A stretch of DNA of 64,000 nt from assembly GCA_030295235.1 (NCBI GenBank), contig AP026133.1, forward strand, positions 1,054,001 through 1,118,000. Reading direction: 5' to 3'. The notes under the pieces are model-generated. The model saw nothing but the letters and a program-made list of their open reading frames with translations, had not been told where the DNA came from and searched no databases. This DNA is from Fistulifera solaris (Eukaryota). Each line of letters begins with the position of its first letter. Positions within the stretch are counted from its first letter, which is position 1. Positions 49,474 through 62,721 of this stretch are shown here, in pieces. The translations under genes were made by a program, and so were the position numbers.

Positions 49474-51964
49474 TTATCTGCTCGTCCTCGGTCTACATTC
49501 TACCACTCCCCAGCTGACAAGAAGATTATATTCTGATGATAACTTAGCCATCCGCATGGATGTTTCTATTATTACAATTCTATTATTGCGCGACTTACTC
49601 CTTGTTGCCGTTTTGCATAATCTTTTCATTCTGCGAGGGTTTTGCGAACGCCAAAAGGCGGCACCGTCGTCTCGGTCGCGGGCGATTTTTATAGCAAAAT
49701 CGCGATCGCCGTGTCGCAAAACGTTATCCAAGCGAGGTAACAGCGCCACAGGTATTCTTTTGATTCTGACCAAGTACATGAAGCGACTTTTAATAACTCG
49801 GTCCAGTGGATAGGAAAAGTAAGCAGGGAAACGAGACACCTCAAAACGAGGATCCGTTGTTACCGCCTTCAAGAACTCCCATTTCGGCCGCAGCTCTTGT
49901 TTGACTGAATAGCCGAGGACAGGAGGAAGCCTAGTGACAAACCTGCCGATGTTCCTTATACCCACGGTTTCTCTCAAAAACTGTTCGACGGGTTTTATTT
50001 GTGTTTCAATATCCATTGTAAGTATTGCCGGAAATGATCTGAAAATGAGAGGCATACTTTCTTCGTCCACGCCCAAGTTCTTCAAGTAATCGACAACTCT
50101 TTGCATTTCTTCACGCGGCTTGCCTAGTAGTAATGGGTACAGCTGAAGAACTCGAGGAAGATCGTCTTCCCACATACCGAGGTCTTCCATCAAATACTTG
50201 GCCGTCGGTAAGATTTGTTCTTTTGCATCGAGCAGCAGCACAGAAGGATAAGCAGCAATGACTTTGCCAAGATCTGAGGTCCCAATTTTGTTTCGTAACG
50301 TCCAAGCCGTTTCGCTCATTTTCTGATAAGTTCTATTGATTCTCTCGCGGCGGGTCTGACTCCCCCGGCCATACAATGCCGACAAAACACTTGGATCTGC
50401 GTTAGAGTCCTCAAACAGTGAAGATTCCTTATCACTATATCCTGCAATTTCAGCGCCAAACAAAGTCGAGTTGTCAGCAAGATTTATAGCTGTTTTTTCA
50501 AGTCTGTTTTGCGTTTCCAATCGAGGAACAGGAGCAACAGTATCCAGTAGCTCTTGGCAACCAGGTCGGCGTAATAGAGGACCGATGCTTTCTACCGGCA
50601 TACGCACGGCATCACTGGCAAGGAAGGCAATCAGTCGGAAAACGGAAGCTGGCGACCTCGAAAGAAGAACTGGGAGCTGATTGCCCTGATTGCGAGCGAG
50701 CGACTTGGCCGAAACAGACAGCTGAACAAACAGGGCTACCATTTCCATAGCGGATCTGGATCCTCGCATAGTTAGGAGACCTGGAGTCCGACGAAGTACC
50801 TTTCGAGCTTCATATCTGCGCAGACCGAGAGTGCCACACAAAAGATCCACCAACACCCGATTTAACGTTTCTTTGAGCGTTTCCCCTTCCGACGAACTTG
50901 CAGCGTCTGTTTCGCTTTCTGCTTCGTTCTCGATGGGTCTCGCTTGCATCAAAGCAATACCCGGTGAGTGAATAAGGATTTCCGCAATGTCTCGCACCGA
51001 GAGTCCGTATTCAAGCATCAAATCCACAACATTCTCAAAATTATTTTGCAAAGTGCGGGGCTCGGAAGGAATACCCACAGGAAAGTCATCGACCGGTACA
51101 TTTACTTCTTCCACACCGTCTACCAGCCAAATACGATCTCTTTGTTTGAGAAATTCCCGAACCCTTCTTCGAGCGGTCCGTGCCAAGGCTTGTGACTGCA
51201 CGCGGTCTCCAGCCGTGATTGCCAACGTTTCCAGTTCTTTCGCATCTCCCACTTCGGTGTGAGACATTAGAACACGAGCAACACGATTGCTATTAAACTG
51301 TCCTAACCAGTTTTGGTCGCTGGTGGTGTCACCAGCTGTATCTGTTTGTCCCGAAAATGTTTCCATAAACATATAATCATCACTATCTGTTGGTTCATTC
51401 ATTTTTGAGGCCAGTGACGACGACAAGTAAGCGGCAAATGCATTCGCTCCCAAAGCTGCCCCATCATCTATGGACAGTGATGCAACTAACTCTGGCTCGT
51501 TATTCGAAATGAATTTATTCCTTTCGGGACTGTCTGTCGCTTTTTGTTGTGTTTCTCGCGATGTTCGTTGCAGCACTTGTTGTTGCATTTCTTCGTCCTG
51601 GATCCGTTGCAGTTGTCGAGCTTTCTTTTGTGCACTCACGAATCTCAGTAAATTGGAGTCCACTAACGGGGTTCGACGGGGCGGAGAGGCGGGCGTTTTG
51701 TTGGCACCTTTCCTTTTCCGTCGCGCTAAATCCATATCTAAATCGGAACTCGTCCTACTCGTTTGTATTGTAATCCAAGCCGCGGTATATCCTGTGCGAG
51801 AAAGAAGAGTTTTGCATGAATGAGACGATTTCTTAGTGTATTGTGCATTCATTGGCAAAGTCATGTCACATACCTTTCGAACAGCGTTGAGGAGGTGATT
51901 TGGAATGAAATGCTGTGCATACTACGCCCATGAGAGCAGTTGCCAAGAGCGATATTTGCCTCAT
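49474..51964 (-). CDS. Plastid-targeted mTERF-repeat protein (intron 51792-51873; likely frameshift near 49655, 3' end uncertain)
   Basis: MRQISLLATALMGVVCTAF presequence and repeats YPSVLLLD, YPLLLG, FPAILTMD, LPPVLGYS and FPAYFSYPLDRVIKSRF. Confidence 0.88.
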
Positions 51965-52672
51965 GGCCTCCTATTTAGACAATGTGTTTGTCTGTTCACC
52001 GCTTCTCTATTGATGATTGTATTGAAATAATTGAGGGAAAGGTCAAGCAATATCGACTTGCCAAGCTCTCTCACCTGCCGTTTTTGCTTTGCGGTTTTGC
52101 TTGGGTGATCTCGCCCTTCCAATCATTCCACCTTTCCGTCTTTGTAGGTAAACCGTGAAGTATGACGTCGTCCTACTTCGAAGTGATTGATGTGAAAAGT
52201 AACTGGTACTTGAGACATATCTGTGAAACGTCTACGTTTCAGGCCAATGATCGTCGAAAACGCACTTCAACTTGATCGTCGTCAAAAGAGGGACTGGAAA
52301 TACAGGTGGGGACGTCACACGAGAACTTTGCGGAAGAAATTCTTTCGCAAGACTCAAATAGCGTTTGACGGACAGATGGACAGGGTACGAACGGCAAACA
52401 GATCGCCGGCTTCGGCGAATGACGTGTGTGACGAACGGGGGGGGGAGCGCAGAGCGCCGAACAACAAAAGGAATGCTATACTTTTTCACTATATATGTAA
52501 AAGAAGTGGTACCGGTACCCGTACCTTACTACGCTCGAATGCGGTGGCAAACGACTTTGCGATACAAAACAACGAGCATACGAGCAACGCAACTCATCTC
52601 GCAACGATTCTTGACACTGCATTGCACTGCACTGCATCGTTCTGGTTACAAAAGAGCAACAAACGAACCATC

Positions 52673-53493
52673 ATGAAGGTTTCTGCAACAATTCTTGCGG
52701 TTCTTGTCGTTAGCGCTTCGGCTTACAATATGCCGACCCGCTCCACTCTCCGCAGCATGAGTGTGAAAACGGTGAGCGCCCCCGTAGCTTCGGGACGTTC
52801 GTCTTCCTCCACCATCAAGATGGAAGGTAAGTTTATGCTACTACTGTCGTGATAATAAAAGCGCCACGTTCACTCATCAACTGACAATTCCCAGATTTCG
52901 GACTTTTCAAGGGCACCAAATTGTCGTTTGACGATACCTGGGATGGTATTGAAGCTATTTCGGAAGTTGGTTTGGAGAAGCGCCTGAACAAAGATGGTCT
53001 TCGTTACAAAATGAACCGAACGGAAAAAGAGGCGGATGAAGTCGGGCGCTTGTACAATCTTCCTGGTTTCACTGTCAATCTACCTTTGATTGGAGAGACG
53101 TACTTGGGACCTCCGAAGGTGGAAAGCATTTGGGAGGCACTTGGCTTCACGGCTACCTCCAACAACCCCGCCCGCCAAAAAGAAAAGCTCAAAGCCATCG
53201 AAAAGGCTCGTGAAGCCCAGTATGGTGTCAGAGGTGGACCCGGAAAGTCGATCCGTGCGGAATGGTTGAAGAAGTACGGTTACCCTCGTCTCGTAGGCTC
53301 GGGAGGTATTTTCTATGCGGATCAGCTCTCCACGGATGAACAGCCAATGGGTGGATTCAACATGGGAAAATCGGGTGAAATGTGGCCGGTTCCCAAGGTT
53401 GTGAAGGAAGGAAACTACGGAGGATCGAAAGGATGGGGAATGAAGAAGATGGGTCTCACGGTTGACGGACTTCCTCCTCAAAAGAAGATTTAA
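52673..53493 (+). CDS. Plastid-targeted protein of uncertain function (intron 52827-52894)
   Basis: Signal MKVSATILAVLVVSASAY plus Ser/Thr/Arg transit peptide ending in M; in-frame splice gives EDFGLFKGT. Confidence 0.8.
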
Positions 53494-54071
53494 AATAGCT
53501 AGACTATAGCGATCGTTTGTTTTGCTATTCCAAATCGTGTTTGATTGTAAGGCTTATTGCTGGTTGGCGAGACTGCTTTGTTTCACTCGTCGTGTCGTTC
53601 AAATAATACTAGAAGTACGGAGTCAAATCTCACACGAATGGGCTTTATGCTGGAGCGTCGCATCAAACAAGAAAAGAGTCGAACGGATGATTCCAATGAT
53701 CTCTAAATTAGTTCACGTTGCGGAATTGGAGATCTAGGACGAGGAGCTGGGACCAGGAGGTCGTATTGATACTCTCTAGCTGATAGCCAACAAGGTAAAG
53801 GTCTTCGCGACGTCGGCCAGACCTTCACAAACAGCAGCAGCAACGTCAGTGTTTCCGCCTTGACACTGAACAATCGTGGACAGTGAGTCACGTACACGGC
53901 GTCATTGAGGGGTACTCTTTCATGTAGACTGCCGTGGCGGACACAAAACGGTCGTCTCGCCGATCGGAGGTTGGAAGGAAAAAATTGCATTGAAGCAAAA
54001 ATCGAACTGCTGTGTCAAGCATCTGTTGCACTTGCTGTTTGCTTTATCAGTCAGCGATCCTCACAGCAGCT

Positions 54072-55737
54072 ATGCGTCGACCTATTTGGTGTCCTTCTTG
54101 GTGTTTCCTTTTCCTCGCATTTACGCGGAATGGAGTATCGCTGACTTCGGCTTGGGGATGGAAACGAAGCATCGGTGCATCGCAACGCAGCAATCTTTTA
54201 ATTACAAGCGATATTGATACCTCTCTTTCACTCACGAAAAGCGACCATTTACCAAGAGGCGGAGCAATACTGAATGAGACGTCTCTGAATGATGCTGGTG
54301 GAGTTGCCGTTGAAGATCCTGCCGAAGTAAGTAAGATTCATGAAGCATCGGAAGTCCTTGCGACTATTTTTCTCACTTAACGTTTTCTTTCGTTCTAAAG
54401 AACCGAGGTCCGCTACGAGTCCTTTTCCTATCGGCAGACACTGGAGGCGGCCATCGAGCCTCAGCCGAGTCACTAGCAAAGCAGTTTCTGATCCACTATC
54501 CAGGTAGCAAGTATGAACTCTTGGATATTTGGACTCCATGTGGAGTTTTTCCCTACCGCACGCTTGTCCCTTCCTATCAGCATCTTTCCGCGAGCCCCAA
54601 ACAGTGGCGAGTCCTCTATCACGCGTCAAATACGTTACCTTGGGAGATTTTGATGGATCTTCATAGTACCTTTTTATGTGAAAAAGGAATCCGCAAGCGC
54701 ATTGCTGAGTATGATCCTGATGTAATAGTATCCGTCCATCCCGCCATGAACTATGCACCAATGAAGTCAGCGCAGAAACTTTCCAAGTTATACGGAAAGC
54801 ATATTCCTTTCTTCACTGTGGTAACCGACTTGGGTTCCGGGCATGCAACGTGGTTCCAAAAGAATGTCGATAAGCTGTACCTGGCGTCGGAGCGACTCTA
54901 TCGATTGGCCAAACGCCGAGGAGGCACCCCGGACGATCGAATCGTCATGACCGGATTGCCGATTCGCCACGATTTCACTGTGCAGGCGGATCTATTAGGG
55001 CGTGACCGGTGTAGTGCATTTGGGAAAGAGTATCAGAAACAGGTCCGACAAAAGCTGCTACCCGGTGTGGACCCGGAAAAGCCGGTAATACTGCTTATGG
55101 GAGGAGGTGAAGGTGTTGGGGCGCTATCGGAAATCGTGGACGAGCTGTACACCACACTGGTTCTCAAAGGAGTTGATGCGACAATTTGCGTCATTTGCGG
55201 TCGAAACGAAAAGCTAAAGGACAGTTTGAACGGTCGCGACTGGGCGTCCGTTTCGGAAAAGCTAGCGGCTAGCAATAGAAACAAGCGACGTAAAAGAGGA
55301 GTCGCTGGTTTGGCAAACGTCCTCCGTTGCCGCCTATTGTCAAGAGTGAACAATCCGGCAACGTGGATGTGATTGGCTTGGGCTTTTTAACAAACATCGC
55401 TGAATACATGGTCGCATCGACTATTCTTCTCAGCAAAGCGGGACCTGGAACAATAGCAGAAGCTGCTTCAGTAGGACTGCCTATTTTAATGACAAGCTTT
55501 TTACCGGGACAAGAAGCTGGAAATGTTGACTTTGCAGTTGAGAAAGGCTTTGGAGAATACTGCGATGAGCCGGTATACATAGCCGAAATAGTATCTCAGT
55601 GGTTGGAGAAACCAGACTTAATTCGAGATATGAGTCAAAAGGCGCACGCTGTCGGTCATCCAGAAGCTGCATCGGAGATTGTTCAGGATATTGGGTCAAT
55701 TACTCACACATGGAAAGTCTTGAACAATCAAACCTGA
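54072..55737 (+). CDS. MGD: Monogalactosyldiacylglycerol synthase (GT28); intron 54327-54400; frameshift near 55325
   Basis: LSADTGGGHRASAESL, SVHP, FFTVVTDLGSGHATWF, GLPIR, MGGGEG, KAGPGTIAEA and PGQEAGNV. Confidence 0.95.
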
Positions 55738-56637
55738 GTGTTTTTCTGACTTTTAATTCTTTCAATAAGCTCTTCACGCCTTGAGAGGAGCACAAACAGG
55801 AGAATCTACTAATTCAATCAATGTTTTTTACTAAGTTATCGGAGTTAACAACCTATGTCGTGTAAGATGCAGTTGCAACTGTTTTCGGATGAGATCCCGT
55901 TCTGCTTTTTGAGTCATTGAGCAAAAGAGCCCACGATCTCCGCAATGAAGATTATTCCTCGAGAGAGAGCTTCAGATTGGCAAAATACGATTGCGCAATG
56001 GAAAGTTACTAACAACCACCACCACCAACTACAACAACTTTCGGTGGCGAATTTCACACCGATGTATCCATTTATCCATCACTCGTTTGAGCTCCCATAA
56101 CTTTCTGAGGTGAGAAGAAGGTATGCCGAGTTTCAAGCCTAGAGTTTCGACAAACCTTGCTGGTGCAATTTTGTGATGATGTGAGGATGTGTGCAGTTTC
56201 TGCGTTTTCACTGTTTACGTTTCCAACTTCCACTCACGACCCACTCAGTCCGGTGAATACAGTGCCATTACTGCATACGGCACTCATCCGTCTTTAAATC
56301 CTAACACTTACTACTTTGCAGTTGACACTGCATCACGCATGCCCCCAGTGACTTCGGCCGATACTAAAACCTTACTAAACACGACGTATTCCTTACTTCA
56401 CTCGTGACTACGTCGTTGTTACTTTTAATACAAAACTGTACTTTCGGACGTTGTACTCCGCCGCCTTTCTCGCGTCTTCGGGGAAAAAACTCGCGGTATT
56501 GGCAACACTTTTTCCACCGATGGACCGATGGATGATGGATCCAGCGGCCAAACAGTTTTTCATTTGCTTCCAAAAACAGTTGCGACAAGATTACCATTGA
56601 AAGCAGCAATAAAATAAAATAAACCGATTCCATCAAA

Positions 56638-57159
56638 ATGCACCGCGTGAGATCCTTCTCTCCTTATATTGCATCCAGCAAGGAGAATCCTCCTTGTCCG
56701 GTAGTCACCATTGAAGTGGCGCCGTTGGAGGGAATTGATTTTCGACACGCGAGCGCGAACAAGCGAAATAAGCCGCATGGCGGTTTGTCGACAGCGAGCG
56801 CGACGGAAATCAGCAGTATCAGCACAACACCATCCTTTGAAAAGTCGGTAAAGTTGAGTTCCTCGCACACAACTACCCGAGCCTCACAAGTTCCTTCCTG
56901 TCACTCTCCGGTCAGCAACCAGAGTCGACCGCGCGCGAATCACACATCGGAGGAAGGCACGACTGCTCCAGACATGGAAACTTACAAAGCTATGTTGAAG
57001 AAAACCACACGACTGAATAAGAAATCACCCATGCGTCAACAACATCACCACAGCAAAGAGTCTTTAGCCAACTACAAGGATTTGGTGGCCGTGCAACATC
57101 GCGATGCTCGTCGGAAACACAAACATCTGGGTTTGCCCCCGGCATCTATACAATACTAG
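56638..57159 (+). CDS. Small Ser-rich hypothetical protein
   Basis: 173-aa ATG ORF with AAAATG context after a CA-rich leader; no recognisable domain. Confidence 0.5.
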   Translation: MHRVRSFSPYIASSKENPPCPVVTIEVAPLEGIDFRHASANKRNKPHGGLSTASATEISSISTTPSFEKSVKLSSSHTTTRASQVPSCHSPVSNQSRPRANHTSEEGTTAPDMETYKAMLKKTTRLNKKSPMRQQHHHSKESLANYKDLVAVQHRDARRKHKHLGLPPASIQY

Positions 57160-57864
57160 TTCTTCCCAAGCATCGCTACGAACTGTTTTTTTTTGAATAG
57201 AAGGAGAAGGAGATAAACTGCCAAAGTCTTTTACCATATCTCTAAATCTCGCTTGCTTTTGACAAGATCAGTAGACTTTTGAAAATACTTATACTTGTCC
57301 CAGTGTTGATCGTCAATACAAAGTACCCAAAGGAGTAATTTATGAGTTTGAGACGCATCTACAAGTATTTATCGTCAATAACACAATTACTCTTTGAAGC
57401 ACTTTTAGCAGTGACGGGAAATAAGTTTTTGTTTGCATCGATTTTGGTCCGTTTTGCGTCCGATTTGCGTCCGATGGAACTATCATGTACGTAGTAGGCT
57501 CAAGTGTAAATGTTGAATCAGCTTTTCCACGACTGGATTTGAGTCATGTGATATCGCAGATTCCGGATCGCAAAAAAAGCTCGACCATGATACCAGTTAC
57601 CAGTAGTAACATAACAAAAACAGCAGCAAAACAGACGAACATATTACTCGTTGCTTCGTATGCTTTTGATACCTCTATTTGCATTTTACTCAGTCATTCT
57701 TGCAAGAACTGTAAGAATTATTAAACAAAACGGAAAGCGAAACAAGCTGAAATATCAAGAAAAACAGAAAGTGATTCATCGACGCGATCTTTTAACGCGA
57801 TCTTTTAGATCTCCCGCGACGCTTTTATCATCGCCTATCCTTTCGTGTTCGATCTTTCTAAATC

Positions 57865-60800
57865 ATGACAAACAACAAAATCTTTTTCGGGCTGGAGGCG
57901 CCCTATCTCGTGTCGAAGAGTACTACGGTGAAGAAGCAAGGAGACAATGGGGAAGGCAACGCTCCGCAAGAAGCGGATGCCGCCGCTGGCGGAAATCCAG
58001 TCCGCGTTGCTAGTATTCACAGACAGATTTCTGCGGCTGGGGAGTCCGCTTTAGGCCGCAGTCCCTCTATGTTGTGGAGAAATCGATCGCGGAAATCGCT
58101 GCAGAATGCAGAAAGCGAGAAGGACGACGCCATCGGATCCCATCCATCACCCGATCGCAAGGTCAGCGATACGCAACAAGAGGACCAAGAAACATCTACG
58201 CAAAGTATAACACCGGACTGGCGTCTGCGTGATCGTATGAAGACGGTTAGTGTAGGACTGGTCTTGTCTTTAAATGTGGGTACGGATCCACCCGATATAG
58301 TCAAACCACATCCATGTGCTGTCTTGCAGTGTTGGATGAACCCGCTCACTGTATCCCGCTCCAAGGCCAAAGAACTGATCGGGGAACGCCTTGAACAACA
58401 GTATGCGAAGTGGCAATTCGCCAAAAGTACGGGAAATGCGGCAAATCGCCAATCGCGGCATCGCCGGACGATTGATCCAACCGTCGAGGAAGTTCGCAAT
58501 TTGTGTCTTTCCATGCGACGCCAAGCTCGAAACGAGAGAGTGCTGTTGCATTACAACGGGCATGGTGTACCGCGCCCAACAGACCACGGGGAAATATGGG
58601 TGTTCGATAACCAGCACACGGAATACATACCATTGCCCATAACGGATGTCCGTCTATGGGTGGGAAAACCGGCCATTGTTGTTTTGGACTGCAGTGCGGC
58701 GGGGATTTTGCTACCTTTCCTGACAAAGCCTTTGACGGACGATCTTCCGGGATCCCGAGATCCCAACCAAGGCGGCGTTGCACCGGGAGATGCCGCAAAT
58801 CTCTGGGTGAAGGATACTATTGTCCTGGCGCCCTGTGACGCTAAAGAGATACTACCTATGGACCCGGCATACCCAGCTGACATTTTTACTTCCTGTCTCA
58901 CAACACCCATCTACATGGCGCTTCATTGGTTCTTGCGGCGAACTCCTATGACTGGGTTGGATCCATCGATGGTGGAAAAGATTCCAGGCAAAGCGGGCGA
59001 CCGGAAAACGCCACTTGGCGAGTTGAATTGGATCTTCACAGCCGTAACGGATTCCATCGCTTGGAATGTTTTGCCCAAACATTTGTTTCAGAGGTTGTTT
59101 CGACAAGACTTGCTGGTTGCAAGCCTCTTTCGAAACTTCTTACTGGCAGATCGTATTCTGAGACAGCTTGGTTGCACTCCGGTGAGTTATCCTGCTCTAC
59201 CACCGACTGCGGATCATCCATTGTGGCAAGCTTGGGATCTTGCATGCGAAACATTATTGTTCCAGCTTGTCAGCGAAGGTTTCTTTGAGAATGTTGCGAC
59301 GGCGAGGGGTACGGAGGAGTCGGAAGATGAACCCACGATAGGCCCGAAAGACCCGGTTGCTAGAGAATCACCTGCTCAGCAAGAATACTTGAGCGTATCA
59401 TCTCCATTTTTCGCGGAACAACTCACTGCCTTTGAGATTTGGCTTGACTTTGCTGCCATCCACAAAGTTAATCTAGCGTCGGGAAAGCTTCAGCAGTCGC
59501 CAGAACAGCTTCCGGTTGTTCTACAAGTGCTGTTGAGTCAAATGCATCGAATACGTGCATTGACCCTTTTGAAACGGTTCCTAGATTTGGGGCCGTGGGC
59601 AGTCAACCTGTCTTTGAGTCTGGGGATATTTCCGTACGTGATGAAATTGCTCCAATCTCCTGAATATAAGAGTCTTTTGGTGAGCATCTGGGCCTCGATC
59701 CTAGCATTCGATCCTTCGTGTAGAGTTGATCTGTTGAAGGATGGGGCTTTTCATCATTTCGTTCAGCATCTTATGTGGGGCCTCAAGAATGAAGGAGCTG
59801 TGGATGTCATCGAAGCCGCAAGAGAAAGGACACTCGCGGCATACATTCTTGCAGTGGCTTGTCACGAGTACCCAGCTGGTCAAGCGGAAAGTGCGAGGCT
59901 GAATTTACATGGAACATGCTGTGCTTTGCTATCCTCTTACGAACAAGGAGAGCAGAACCAGACGGACGATACTGTCGAAAAGCACCTTCCCGCTCATTTT
60001 CGATTGTGGCTGGTGCTAAGCTTGGCAAGCGCATTAGTCGACAATAGCGGTGTACAGGCGGAAGCTTATGCTGCAGGCGCCCACCAACGACTTGCAGTGC
60101 GGATGTCAGACCAAAATACGCAAGTAAGAGCTGCTGTTTGCTATGCTCTGGGTTGTTTAATTGGAAGGACATCCAAACGTTCGCCGAGTCGTTCATCATC
60201 TATGCACGACATAGCAGGCTTTGTTCGACAGCAGATGGGTGGCCAGGCTTCCACACTCGTGCCAGCGCAGCACTTACCGAATGTGGTGATGCAAAACCCC
60301 ACGGCTGGTCCTGGAGGGCTTCAACCTCCTTTCGTGCAAGGCATACCGTCGAATTTGTCCTTGGCCCATTCGCAACGGCACCAGGGTCATCATTTTGTCC
60401 ACCCTGGAAGTGCAGCTCGCCAACCGGCTCTTAATATTCCTTCGAGCCAGATCACACCCCCTGTACCAACGTTTTGGAATCCCGCCATGCCGACGATGCG
60501 AGCTGAGGGACAGCAACAAGCATTTATAATGCCTATAGGGGCAACGCATTCCCAAGCACCCCATGCTAGCTTTCTGCCCTTAGACACAATTCCTTTTCAG
60601 CCTTCTCCACTTTCAATGGACACGCCGCTGAGAAATAAGCCTTCTATGTATGAAGACACACAGCGGCTGGAGCTGGATCTCTTTCCATGGACAAATTGAT
60701 AGCTGGAACCCACGATTCTTGCGTGTTGGTTAGATATGAAGCTGTTATCGGACTTTCCTCATGCGTCGCAAAGTACTTGGACTGCTTCATCGCAATAGCA

Positions 60801-62657
60801 GCTTCCTCAATGCCTGATCAAGGAGCGAGCACTGAGTATCTCGACACGGATACTGTTGATCGTTTCCGACCCGCTTGGACAAGGCTTCGTGCAATTCAGA
60901 AAGACGAATTTCATCCTAATGTGTTAAGAGCGGCCAAGAGTATCATCAGTGTTGTACATGAAAACCTTCTTTATCCTGGTGAGTATGAAGTGGATGGAAA
61001 CCGGAAGGCACGTCGTAAATCAGATCTACAGACGAACCATACATTAGCAGACCAACTCGCTAGCGTCTTGGCGAACATAGACGAAGAAAACGAAACAGAG
61101 ACACGATTGGACACCGTTGAAAGCAAATCGCGACCAGCGCCAACTCGCCAAACTAGCGATCTACGCCGGGTTAGTTCCGAGACTTTGCATTCTGATGTAG
61201 GAATATCTGCTTTGCCATCAAAACGTGGATCCCAGCCTCAAATGGTCGACAACGAGGGGGAGAGATTAAGCTACTCACTACCCAGATCCAATTTCTTTCA
61301 TTGGCAAATAGCATCGTTTGACCACACTTTCTCGGGACAAGCAGAGAACAATGAAGACATAGATCCTCTCAGTCCCCAGGGCGCGATCCGACTTTACCAC
61401 GAACGTCGGGTTTCGGCTATCACTGAGAGCGCGAGAAAGATGGCTAACCACTACTCGACACTGGCACCGAAACCACCGAAAGCAGAAAAGAGGGGAATTG
61501 AATTGATTCTCCAGGATGACGACGAGGATGCTGTTGGAGCCGTGGACGAAGATGTCAACGTTAAGAAGCGCGAGCTTGCTTTCAAGGAAGTACAAATGTT
61601 GCGCAACGACGGAGTAAAAATGACATCGATGCTATCTTTCCATCCATTCGAAGATTTCCTCGTCTCTTGTGATTCGAGCGATCAGATTGCAGCTTGGGAC
61701 ACGAATTCAGGAAGGCGCTCGTTAGCATTCAGCAATGAAAATCCTGATGGTACACGAATAACTTCCTGCTGCTGGATCAATGAGAAGTCTTGTAAAAGCA
61801 TGGTTTTGGTGGGTTCGGATGACGGAGCAGTTCGGTTGTGGGGCGGAATGATTGACGAAATTGGAAGACCAACCGGTACTACATCGCTTGTTACAGCATT
61901 CTCCGCATTACCAATGTCCCTTCCCGTAAACAGTGGAAGTGGACTAGTCTGTGAATGGCAATCGGAAAAGGGGCGTTTGATTACTGCAGGAAGTAGCCAA
62001 TTTCTGCGGAGCTGGGATGTCGAATCGGAACAGATCTCCGTTGAGCTCGAAACACACACAACGTCTCACATTACTACATTGACGTCAGCGTATGACCCTT
62101 TCATGTCTTCATCTTCCGGTCTCGGCCCCGATATTATTGTAGCTGGGCTTAGTGATGGCGCCCTTCGAATCTATGATATCCGTAGCCGCCGAACAGCACA
62201 AGAATTGCACTCAGGACATGGTAGTCGTGGTTCAAAGCGTACCGGAGCAAGGGCAACGCTCTATTCGGAGCACAAGAGCTGGGTTGTCAGAACTGCGTTC
62301 ACAAATTATGCGAGCAAAAGTGAGATAGTATCTGGAACACTGGCAGGTGAGATTAAGTTTTGGGACTTGCGAATGTCATCAAGCATCCGAACTATTGAAG
62401 GGCAACGCTCCACCATGACGACCTTGGCCGTCCACCCGCAGATACCAATGTTGGCAACTGGGTCACATGCACAGTTCATTAAGATGCTGACCCCAGACGG
62501 AGATACGTTACAAGTCTTACGATACCATGAAAAGATGGCGAATCACAGGATTGGTCCTGTTAGTTTTGTCGCCTTTCATCCCTTCAAACCTCTTCTGGCT
62601 GCCGGAGCAACAGACTCAATGATTGGCTTGTATGCACCTATCAAGAAACTTTTCTAA
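57865..62657 (+). CDS. RAPTOR: RAPTOR (TORC1 scaffold); frameshift near 60684
   Basis: RNC domain WRLRDRMKT, LHYNGHGVPRPT, ADIFTSCLTTP and LFRQDLLVASLFRNFLLA, followed by HEAT repeats and a C-terminal WD40 region. Confidence 0.97.
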
Positions 62658-62721
62658 ATACATCTTCAAAATTGTTTTTTTTCTAAAACGCCTTTAGACT
62701 TAAGACTCATTCGCCATCTGA

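Noticed and set aside
52223..52672. 150-aa upstream extension of the 52223..52852 ORF
   Set aside because: It begins at GTG in promoter-like DNA; the credible start is the signal-peptide ATG at 52673.
60170..60650. Gln/Pro-rich insert in RAPTOR as a new domain
   Set aside because: Low-complexity linker at a position where RAPTOR orthologs commonly vary.
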